Source of the DNA: Macrostomum hystrix
Taxonomy: Eukaryota > Animalia > Platyhelminthes
Assembly (NCBI GenBank): GCA_950097015.1
Contig: CATNEN010000003.1
Location: 3,162,001-3,226,000, forward strand
Reading direction: 5' to 3'
Length of the DNA stretch: 64,000 nucleotides
Of this stretch, positions 10,401-22,500 are shown one piece after another (within the stretch, counting starts at the first letter, position 1; the number at the start of each line of letters is the position of its first letter). The translations under genes were made by a program, and so were the position numbers. Under the pieces are notes generated by a model. It worked only from the letters and a program-made list of their open reading frames with translations. It did not search any database and was not told the DNA's origin.

Positions 10401-13400
10401 AGGCTAAAGCAAGAGGAGGCTCAGTAGGGTGACAATGACATTATTGAAATAAGCAGTGACTAAGAGCACTCTGCTACTGCTAATTGCCCTGTTGAGGTGC
10501 CTCACAACTCGCCTGCTGAAGTGGCAGAAACACCAGTCATCGATGCGGCACTTTGTGAGCAAAAACCAGTGGTGGCTTCAGCACCTGCTACGACACTTAT
10601 GGAGGCAACCAAGGAAGAAGAGTAGTTCAGTGCAACGATGGCAAAAGGCACCAATCACCAAACTGTGAGCATACCAGCAATGTTCTACTTCCATTTGTTA
10701 TATTATTTTTTTGTTTGCAAACGTCAGATAATGACAAAAAACAAGTTTAATGGTAACAAAAAGTCAGTAGTTTGGTCAGACAGTTCTGAAAAGTCTTGGT
10801 CAGTCTTTCTTCTTTCAAACCGGTTAAGTGCCTTATCCAGTAGAGGAGGGCGCCGAAGCTATTCTTGGGGTGTAGACAGCGCCATAAGAATTATTCGAGG
10901 TGGCTTTCGAATAGAGCAGCACTCATGCCAAGCATTTGATGCAGCTTGTCCTTGGCAAAATCTTCAGCTGCAGAATTTCTGTGCCTTAGTTTCCTGTTCC
11001 CCCATATTTGCCAGATTTTGCCATAGACATAGATCCAAGTGTCAAGTCACGGCAAAGCCACGTCAGCACAACTTTTCAAACTCAGAATGCACATGTGGCA
11101 CAAATTCAAACGAAAAAATAATATAACGAACAGAAGTAGAAAATTGCTAGCATACCTGCGATTGAAGATGCTGGTCTGCCTAGCCACTAGGTAAAGACCT
11201 TGCCAATGCCGAGGATTACAGCACAATGCATAGGCTTGAGCATGGTGACCTTTTATGGGAAGGCCATAAAATGACCAATAAAGATCAAGACATAGCACTC
11301 AGTCAAGGGGTGTTAGCAGCGGCTCATTTCTTTACCACAAGCCACTTTCAGCCACTTGTTGCAGTTGCTGAGCTGGCCACCTGTGCACTAATGGGCCAGG
11401 GGTAATGTATCATCAACCAAACAGTGTATCTTCAAAACCGAACAAGAATTTTAACTCCTTCCTTGGTCTCGTGCAAGACAGAAACAAGCTAGGCCTATTG
11501 TGTTTCGCAGAACAACTAATTTGAAAGTCAAAGAAATTATCTACATGCTGAGGCATAGCATGCAATGAGCATTAAGAGGAAAGAAAGATATTGATGTTTC
11601 AGTAGAAATTTTTAATTCAAAAGCATAATTTTGAACATTTTTCCAGCATGTACTTTTAGATGAAGATTGTATGTGGTTGCTTGCCAATTAAATGACCATA
11701 AATGTATTTATTTATAGAGCATGAAAAATACTTTCAAATGACATAATTCTTGATAGTTCACTCTTTAAAATAAGATTAAACAACTTACTCAAATTCTAAA
11801 ACCTAACATAAACTTCTCCATTTGGTTTAAAAATACATGAAAATCATAGTTTGGTTTTAGATGAAAATCAGGAATAACTTTTTCTATTTGACAAAATAGC
11901 AAAAGCAGATACTTTTTTGGAAAGATGTTACTGTTTTCTATAACTTGGCTTTTGATTTATCATCATATCTTAAATAGAAAATCTGTAGCTTAGGTTTGAA
12001 ATTAAAAAATACACATTCTTGTTTGGTTGATGATACATTACCGTAATTTCAATGAAAAAAATAATTATTATAAATTAATCTAGCCATAATTTTTGGTACA
12101 TGACAGATTAACTAAATCCCTAAAATTTACATTTAATAGCAAGCCAAGCCTTGTTGCTGATGTAAACAATTTTTTAAACCCACAAATGCAAAATTGTATG
12201 AATCTATTGTTTTCTCATTTATGTTGTAGGCCCCCCTACTGCATCTGCATTGTATAATGTACTTGTTGTTGGTAATTGTTGGTAGTACCAGTCAAATAGA
12301 GTTTTTATGGATTTGAAAAAAATGTAGTAGTGTAGCAGTTTGCCTTTCCTTTAACAATTCTTTAGGCCTAGGCCTATTTGAGGGTCAAACTGAGGTTCTT
12401 TTGTGCAAATCGAGTCACTACAGGTGTACTTTTTGCACACAAAAATCTTGACTAGCAGTCTAGCACCTAGCTTTTACTTGGTATTTCATCGAAATTAAAA
12501 TACCCTTTTTGTGATTTTAAGACTTGATAGCTTGAAAATGTAATTTGCATCTTGCTACAATGCTACAGGAAAAACCAGATGCTAGATTTGCATATGATGC
12601 CTAAGGCAAGTTAAAAAGTAAAAAGTTTTAGTAAAAAATGCCCAGCTTGATGTGAAATTAAACATCAATTTTAGGACTGAACCTTTTTGGACATGGATGC
12701 AATTCGCAACTAGATTTTTTCACCAAGATTTTGGGCTTAGAAATAATATGCTTGTTTTGCCGTTGCAACATGCAGCATGCAGCATGAAAACGCAAGCAGG
12801 CTTTTTCAACAAAGAAAATTGAGCGATAAAATTGTAATTTCGTTTTTTCGAGCAAGAAAATTACAACAAAGTAGAAATTATTTTTTTTAACAAAAACGGC
12901 ACAATTATTAAAAGTATTTTTCAGCTTTTTAATTTAACCAGCCTTTGCGGCTCGACACCAAAATATTTTTACTTACTTACCACGCTATTAAAAAATATCT
13001 TTTTTTAAATGCCTTATGAAGTTCGTGTCCGAAAGAACGCTCCGGTTTTTGGTGTTTCCACCATGCTTGATGCTTGTCAGAGCAAAATTACCACAAGTGT
13101 ATTGTTACATACTTGATGTTCGAATATAACATCTAGTTATTCATGTCATTCGTGCTTGCGCTTCTCTACCAAGCAATTAAGACAACAAGAGTTCTCGACT
13201 TTTTAAAGACTATAAAAGTCCTTGCAGTATGCTTTTTGTACTATTCCGATCCCCACGTATCCCCATATGGTTCCCAAGAAACGATGATGTCGAACTGTTC
13301 GGAAATATGTATATTAAGCGGGCGCGTTGTGAAGCACGCTAGCTCATTGTGAAAGTGCTAACATTGAACTGATCCAGACACGGAAAAGTACGGCTCGTAT

Positions 13401-14654
13401 TTGCATATACTTTTGTCGCTTTATTCGTAAAATGTAACTTGCTTATTACATTTACTTCTTAATTTGAAGTGTGCAAAGCTGTCCAATATTTAGATATAAT
13501 TTCATGAATGAAATACAAACCCCTACTTGTACAAGTATTTAAAGCTTTCTTAAAAAATAAAAAACTATAAAAATACACCAATTAACTTTGCTGTTGATAC
13601 ACTTCAAACAAAAATAGAATTTGTAAAAGATAAGATTTTTAACGACGCTGCATGTAAACATTTATTTCTGCAAGTAAACATGCGTCGCATCTCTGTTGTG
13701 CACATTAACTTTTCTGGTCATCTGTGTACAATGGCACACTGAAATAAGCATCTACTCTAGCTCGTAGTGAATATAGGCTTGACAGTAGGAAAAAGGGATT
13801 ATGTTGTGTTTTTAGTTTGCAAATATGAAAAAAAAATTATTTTTTTTTGCTTATAAACATAGCAACTCCGATTATAAGAAGGCGACATCGAGTTATTTGC
13901 GTACAATTTATTGGATTGTTTAAACAGATAGCATTAGCGAGTAGAAAGTAAAGTTGCATTTGAAGAAAGTTGAAATACGAAAGGAAATCTTTGCAGTAAA
14001 GCGTAGATAAATATAAATTATCGATTTACAACAGAGACGCAACACGTACAACCTCTTCATCGATTTTCATGAAAAAATTCTTTATTTCGTCCAAAATCAC
14101 AAAAATACCTTTGTGAGCTTGTATTTAATCGAAGCAATAATATAATGTTAATTTTAAGTTTAGAGCGAAGTAATTTAGCATCACTAGCATATCTTTAAAG
14201 CATTTTTGCAAATTGAGCAGTCTAATGCTAGCACTTAGGCCTAGAAGGTATTACAGAAGTTCGTAGATCTTTAGGGCTTAAATAAAAAGATTTAAAATCT
14301 CTCGTGATCAAGGGCCGGCAACTTATATGTAACGATTATGTTGCACAATTTTAATATCGATTTCCACTAAGCTTGAGTGTTGCGCCATTCGTCAATTAGT
14401 GAAGTAATTAATAAGCTGGGGAGTTTAAATATTCACGGAGTTCATTGCCAGGGTCTTCTTCTCGAGCTCGGAGAATTCCGCGTGTCCGGCTACCATTTCA
14501 CTGGAAAGTTAAAACAGTTTAAGCAAATGATTTTAAGAATATTAAAGCATAGTTAAAAAAATCTAAACTAATCTCTGCCACATTTTATTTAAATTATGAC
14601 AAATTTGGCTAATTTCAAGATACTGGCAGGAATGCTTCTTATAAAGTTTCACGA

Positions 14655-14870
14655 AATGAAGGTCGGGGGTTCGATTCTCGACTCCACTGGAAAAAAGTGA
14701 AAAAAACTTTAATCAGCAATTTAATTTTCTTAAATTCACCCAGCTGTTTAATGGATACCAGCATCAGCTGGGGTAAGTGAGTGTTGGTTGTGGTGTCCTC
14801 CCAGTCCATGGACTGAACAGCTGTACAAAATCTTCGGACGTGTGGAGCAACAGCTACGACTGTACCTTTT
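14655..14870 (+). mobile_element. Degenerate copy of SINE family B
   Basis: TGAAGGTCGGGGGTTCGATTCTCGACTCCACTGGAA (B box) and TTCACCCAGCTGTTTAATGGATACCAGCAT...CAGTCCATGGACTGAACAGCTGTAC are shared with the 21428 copy. Confidence 0.8.
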
Positions 14871-15424
14871 AGGTTTAATTCAGTGGGTCTAACTCTGTCA
14901 TTTTTATCCCAATTTGAAAAAGATAAAAACAATCAGAACTATAAAGAAATAGCAGAACAAACACGGGTGCAAAAAATACATAAATGAAAAAGTTGTGAAG
15001 TGGAGTACTTTGTTTAACACATTTAAAACGAGAAAACTCATTTAAACAATGTGAGAAAAAAGTGACCCATATATATTCTTATTAAAATCAGTTTGTGTCA
15101 TTGTGACTTATGGTACGTGATATTAGTTTTAGTGAAGGAAAAATAAATTCAATGCTTGTGTTTTATATTTCTAACCCAATTTTGTAACGAGTATATATGA
15201 TACTTAAAACTGTTGTTGCAGCCTCATTAAAAGCAACTGCTGTCTCCATTCTTGGTAAAGTCCTTCTTCAAGCCAATGTAGGACCAGGCGAAAGTGACTG
15301 ACGAAAGTGAGAAAAATTACTTTTGAAAAATCAAGGACCTTTAATGCCTGATTTATTTACTATTTTTCTAGTAATATCTTACTCTGTTCCTAATAAAGTG
15401 AGATTCTTTTGTGAGGTTTCATGT

Positions 15425-15990
15425 GGTATTTGTGCCTAACAGAAGTGGGATTTGTGTCTAACAGAAGTGGGATTTGTGTCTAACAGAAGTGGGATTTGTG
15501 TCTAACAGAAGTGGGATTTGTGTCTAACAGAAGTGGGATTTGTGTCTAACAGAAGTGAGATTTGTGTCTAACAGAAGTGGGATTTGTGTCTAACAGAAGT
15601 GGTATTTGTGTCTAACAGAAGTGGGATTTGTGTCTAACAGAAGTGGGATTGGTGTCTAACAGAAGTGAGATTTGTGTCTAACAGAAGTGGGATTTGTGTC
15701 TAACAGAAGTGGTATTTGTGTCTAACAGAAGTGGGATTTGTGTCTAACAGAAGTGGGATTTGTGTCTAACAGAAGTGGGATTTGTGTCTAACAGAAGTGG
15801 GATTTGTGTCTAACAGAAGTGAGATTTGTGTCTAACAGAAGTGGGATTTGTGTCTAACAGAAGTGGTATTTGTGTCTAACAGAAGTGGGATTTGTGTCTA
15901 ACAGAAGTGGGATTTGTGTCTAACAGAAGTGGGATTTGTGTCTAACAGAAGTGGGATTGGTGTCTAACAGTGGTGAGAGTTGTGTCTAAC
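15425..15990. repeat. 22-bp minisatellite (GGGATTTGTGTCTAACAGAAGT)n
   Basis: About 25 near-perfect tandem copies. Confidence 0.95.
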
Positions 15991-16556
15991 AGTATGCGGA
16001 AATATCCAGAGTTTGAATCCCAGAACGTGGCAGCGCAGCCGTTGGATGAGGTGCGCAATAGTTGCTGCTGTTACTGCCTGCACAATGGGCCCAACTTGGA
16101 GAAAAAATATTTCTATCCTTTTTATCATTCATATGCATAGTTAGTTCTGCCATCTAGCTAAAACCACACATTGTAAATTTTCAGACAAAACAAGTCGATA
16201 AAATTTTGTATTCTAGAAAAAATGTAATTATTCGTAGATTTATGAAATTTGATCGATAGAAAAGCATAAAACTTTGAAAAGTATTATCGAAATCTAGTGT
16301 TAATCAGTTTTAAAGTTCATTAACACAAAAATGCAATCGGGCTTTTTGAACCGAACAAAGAAACAACAATGAGGAATTTGGTGCTGTCAAGTTGTCGTGC
16401 TGCTGAATGTGAATTCTCAAACTACTAGAAAATTGGCGACTATAAAATAGTGAAATTTGATTGCGACTTGTGAAAAACAAGTCCGTTGCTTTTGTGTATC
16501 ACGAGATAATATATCAACAAAAAACTGGAGTTTTAATATCGAATAAAAGTGAGCTT

Positions 16557-19500
16557 TTAAAATTCGGTTGGTGATTGGTGTTGGTGTTGGCGTCGGTGCT
16601 GCGAGAAAAGGGTTCGTTGGTTTTCGTACGCTGAAAAAAAATAAACAAAATGAAGGGAATAGTTTAAGGAGGATTTAGTTGAGTTATGATTGGTTAAACA
16701 GTGTGTTAAAGAAAGAGTAAAGGCATAATCTTTTATCTCAATTGGGTAAACGCGAGCGTTTGCTTTCATATTTCTTGTTTTGTTAAACTCGGTCGATAAA
16801 AATGAAAATGAAAAGAAAAAACAATTCGGTAGGATATGATTCGTATAGGTGCTTGACTGGTTGAGTCGCTGTTAGATAGAGTGGGGTGGCTGTCAGATGG
16901 AGTGAGGTGGCTGTTAGATAGAGTGAGGTGGCTGTCAGATGAAGTGAGGTGGCTATTAGATGGAGTGAGGTGGCTGTCAGATGAAGTGAGGTGGCTGTCA
17001 GATGGAGTGAGGTGGCTGTCAGATGAAGTGAGGTGGCTGTTAGATGGAGTGAGGTGGCTGTCAGATGAAGTGAGGTGGCTGTCAGATGGAGTGAGGTGGC
17101 TGTCAGATGAAGCGAGGTGGCTGTTAGATGGAGTGAGGTGACTGTTAGATGGAGTGGGATAGCTATAATATGTTTGGGTAGCTATATTATGCGCGTTCCC
17201 AAATTTCATTAAAATAGCGCAATAATAACGCAAAAAGGATAGGAGAATTAGTAATTTAAAATAAGCAATTAACTGCGTAATAACCAGCTCGAAATAAATA
17301 AAAAATTTGCATATGTCCTGATAGAATATAATGCCGACAAGTTTTATCACCAAAGCAATTAAGATCGGAATTTTAAGTCTCACTAATACGATAGGCAATC
17401 ATTTCTGATGGACAAAGGAACAAAAATTACTCAAGAAATATACTAGCATGTTTTCTTAAAAATAGGCGAAAAACTTAAACTATATAATCAGAATACGATA
17501 GAAATAATAAACTGATATTGACACCGAGAGAGTACTAACTGAATGAGACTCTAAAAGGTATAAATGAGATCATATGAGATCAATAACAGTTAAAAGCATC
17601 AAACCTTTTGATAACTAAAAATTTTCGTGCCAGGCTCATTGTTTTATTTACGCAACAATTGCTACATATAGAATATATATTGAGGTGGCTGTTCGATGGA
17701 GTGAGGTGGCTGCTCGATGGGATGGAGGTGGTTGCTCTATGGAGTGAGGTGGCTGTCCGATGGAGTGAGGTGGCTGTTCGATGGAGTGAGGTGGCTGTTC
17801 GATGGAGTGAGGTGGCTGCTCGATGGAGTGATTTGTTCGCTTGATGATTGCAGATTTTTGTTTCATGTTGTAGATCTTGCTTTTGCAATACAAAACAAAT
17901 CAAACTATTAAAAACTAATACAATAGAGATAATCTGTTTCACAAAATTACTAAAAAGAACAACTGCGTAATGCTTGTAGTAATATTCTAGATGGTTACAA
18001 ACAGAATGGACTATTCTACGCTTATGTATTGACAAAAGAATATTTTGTTTAAATCGGGTTTATTTGGCACACAACGAGAATAGAGGAGGCACCCCATTTA
18101 AGTGCTGAATAATTTTTTTCATTTACCCTTTCTTGCTGAATTGAGATCATTGTCTAGAATGATTTCCAACATTTCCCTGTTGAGAGTAAGACAATAATGT
18201 TTATATTTAGATTGGCAAACTGACCGTTGCATTGTCAATTTTATATACAAAAAGTAAACAGACTTTAAACTTATTTTAGTAGATAACAAAATAAACACGA
18301 AGTAAAAAGGTGTAAATTTAAGCCTCAATAAATTCAAGTGTCATCACTGTGATTTCAAACCTGCACTTTTTACGTGATAAAATTCAAACAAAATTAACAT
18401 TATTTTTTTAGTAACAGAGTTAAAAATTTATCCACGTATAAAATTGAGAATATTATTTCATTTATTTATGGTTGCCCTAACATCAGTTTTGAGGAACAGT
18501 TAATATTTAAAACCAATTTAAAATTTGATGAAGTTCACACGAAACTCCAGTGTTTGTTATAAACGAATCAACAAAAAAGTACAATATACTTTGAAAGGAA
18601 ATCGAATCACGGACACGTTTCTAAGAATCAGTTGCTGTTAGTCGGATACAAAATCTAAAGAAATTTAATGAAAAAATCACGACTTTCATCAACTGAAGTT
18701 TACCTTCTTAGTTCCCATGCGATTAGAAAATGATTAGCAAACATCCTGCGCGCATTCATGATTATTGATTATATATAATTTCTAACTGTTATTAAGGTAA
18801 CTCAGGTCCAATTCAAACTACGTATGTAGCTTTACTGTATAGGAGAATAAAATGGGACAATTTCCCTACCTGTAGTTGATCTCCCCGTCACCATCTTTGT
18901 CGAGATCGTTGATGAGCCATTCCACCTCCTCGTCGGATAAGTTTAGACCGGATTCCTGAGTTTTACAAACCAAGAAGGGATTTTATGTAGTACCTGAACT
19001 GTGTAAAATATCAATGACTTCTTAATGACATTAGCTATTGAAAGACTGAAATTACTAGTTCCTATATGATACCACTCTTTTCTTATAGGCTTTTAACAAG
19101 CTTTAGACCTCTGTCTAACAGGTCTCTACACCCACCTTGTCTAACAGGTTTCTACTCCCCATGTCTAACAGGTTCCTATACCCCTTGTCTAACAGGTTTC
19201 TATACCCCTTGTCTAACAGGTCTCTACACCCAGCTTGTCTAACAGGTTTCTACTCCCCATGTCTAACAGGTTTCTATACCCCTTGTCTAACAGGTTTCTA
19301 CTCCCCATGTCTAACAGGTTTCTATACCCTTGTCTAACAGGTTTCTACTCCCCATGTCTAACAGGTTTCTATACCCCTTGTCTAACAGGTTTCTATACCC
19401 CTTGTCTAACAGGTTTCTACTCCCCATGTCTAACAGGTTTCTACTCCCCATGTCTAATAGGTTTCTATACCCCTTGTCTAACGGGTTTCTATACCCCTTG

Positions 19501-22500
19501 TCTAACAGGTTTCTACTCCCCATGTCTAACAGGTTTCTACACCCCTTGTCTAACAGGTTTCTATACCCCTTGTCTAACAGGTTTTTATACCCCTTATCTA
19601 ACAGGTTTCTATACCCCTTGTCTAACAGGTTTCTACCTGTTGTCTAGCAGGTCTCTACACCCCTAGTCTAACAGGTTTCTACCTGTTGTCTAGCAGGTCT
19701 CTACACCCCTTGTCTAACAGGTCTCTACGCCCCTTGTCTAACATGTTTTTATAACCCTTGTCTAACAGGTCTCTACGCGCCTTGTCTAACATGTTTTTAT
19801 AACCCTTGTCTAACAGGTCTCTACGCCCCTTGTCTAACATGTTTTTATAACCCTTGTCTAACAGGTCTTTTCCCTACACCCCTTTTATAACAGGTTTTTA
19901 CTAAATTGTGTAACTTCTACCACTTGTCTAACATTTCTACCCCGTCGTCTAATAGGTGTCTACCCTTTGTTTAACAGGTTTCTGCTTCTGTGTCATAACT
20001 TTGGACGCAATCAGTCAAGACAACCGTTATTCAAACTGTAAAATAGCAAAATTTTGGTAAATAGCTTTGAGAGGTTTCGTGCACTATAAAATAGCTGAAT
20101 CAAAATATTAAAAAACAGGTTTGAGTGAAAAGATCACTTGAATAAAATGAATGAAGCTTAGAAATTGGCTTGTTTGATATGATATTTTGTTATAAACAGT
20201 TCAATAATCAGATCACAAATTGTCACTGCAAGCCACTCATTCAAAGTGTACTGTAAACATTAGAACGTGTCTTTAGTTCGTTCATTCGTTCAACAAGAAT
20301 AAAAAACTCTGAGTAAAAAGTTTGTGCAAAACGCGACATGGCTTTTCGAAAAAAGGCCACTATCAAGGAAAAAGCGATAGGTTTTTAAGGCACTGCACAC
20401 ATTGCAAAAATTTTTTATTTTGTGCAAATTTTAAGTTACCTTGCGAAATATCTGGAATATTTTGCACAGTGGGTGCTATTAGCGTCAATATTAACTGTAG
20501 ACATCAAACAGCAAAACCTCACTGATTATCTAATTCCCTACCCCTAGACATACACCTCACTCCCTGTGCAATTTTTCCCTACCCATAGACACACACCTTA
20601 CTTCCTGTGCAATTATTCCCTACCCATAGACACACACCTCACTCCCTGTGCAATTATTCCCTACCCATAGACACACACCTCACTCCCTGTGCAATTTTTC
20701 CCTACCCATAGACACACACCTCACTCCCTGTGCAATTATTCTCTACCCATAGACACACACCTCACTCCCTGTGCAATTTTTCCCTACCCATAGACACACA
20801 CCTTACTTCCTGTGCAATTATTCACTACCCCTAGACATACACCTCACTCCCTGCTGCTATGGTTATCAACCCCTAGACATACCTAACTCACGAATGCTAT
20901 GATGCGCTACCCCCCAAACATACACCTCACTCCCGAATGCTATGATTGGATAATCTATAGAAGCCTTCCTCACTCGCTCACGTTCTAAATCTCTGATCCA
21001 GCACTTACTCGCGAATCTGATAAGTCGAAAATTTTGGACTATATGGCATAAGATATGGGGTGAAAGAAACAATTGGTATCTTTGTAATGGACATAAAAAA
21101 TTCCTCACAAACCTCGAGTCCCTCGAGAAACTCCTCGCGAGTGACCGACATGCTGCGGTCTTTGTCGAACGTGTTAAAAAAGTCAATCATCTTCATGCCG
21201 CGCTTCTCAACAAAATTCCTCAATTTCATCATCGGATGCACCTTGGCCTTCTCGCGGTGCGGCACTTTGACGCCGACTTCTACTTTGAGGTCGGGCATTG
21301 TCTCCAGGACTTGCTGGTGCAAATCCTTGAAGTCGTCGTTGATCATGATGTCCTGTGCAAAATTTGCGAATTTTCAAACTGTTCTTCTATCGGCAAGCAT
21401 ATATACAGATAATATAATTGATAAGTAGATTGTAGCCTAGTGGTTAGGGCGTCGGACTCACGACTTGAAGGTCGGGGGTTCGATTCCCGACTCCACTGGA
21501 ACCACTTGTGTCCTTTAGCAGGACACTTAACTCTGCATTGCTTCAGTTCACCCAGCTGCTAAATGGTTACCAGCATTAGTTGGGATAATTGAAGGTGGGT
21601 GTGGCGTCCCCCCAGTCCATGGACTGAACAGCTGTACGCAGCCTTCAGATGCGCCGCGCATTAGCTGCGGCTGTGCTGTCGGCTGCACATCTGACCCAAT
21701 TGCTGCAGGTGTAATCAATAATTAGATTATAATTATAATTATAATTCATTTATAATTCATTGCACCGACACCAAATGAGGTAGCCAATGAGAGCTTGCAA
21801 CATTGAAGCGCACGTGGCTCGCGTGTTATAGTTGATTTACATTCGCAAATGGACACATTTTCAAACCCCATTAACTGTACTAACTTTATCGGGTACTTGG
21901 TTATTAAGGGGTACAAATAACTTTAAGAGGGACGCGTCCGAAGGGCCCATGATATTCATTAAATCACTAATTGCTAGAAGCATTAACACATGACTTGTCC
22001 GAGTAGCTAAATTGTCCTACAAGAGTCGCTTCATCGTTTTTTTAAGACTGATCACTGGAGGTCAAAGCAGTGCGTTGCATAATCTAATTGTAACAGTACT
22101 TTTATTTAAACTAACTATATGAACAAAACACGTTTTACACAGCAGCTTCACGTTTAGCCGTTTAATAACGCCCAATTTTATTACAAAAAATATCGTGAAG
22201 AGAAGAGACAGAAATAAAAAAAGAGAGAATAGAAATAGAGAATAGAGAATAGGCAGCTAAAATCATTGTACAAGTTTTAATAGGCAAAAAATTAAAATTA
22301 AATGAATTCCAGTTCCAACAGAGAGAGACAACAGACAATGTGGAGGCTGCTATAGACTACAACCCCTATAAAACCAACAACCAAATGCTTAGCAAGAATG
22401 GACTGGATACGCACGAGACAGAGACGCAGCTCTCAGAGCATTCTTGAGACAGGTTGCTTTGCAATTTGTCAGCCACTTAGCATCGGTAGGGTACGAAGAG

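Noticed and set aside
10640-11450. Possible further transposon coding remnant next to the Gypsy RT fragment
   Set aside because: No motif could be assigned with confidence.
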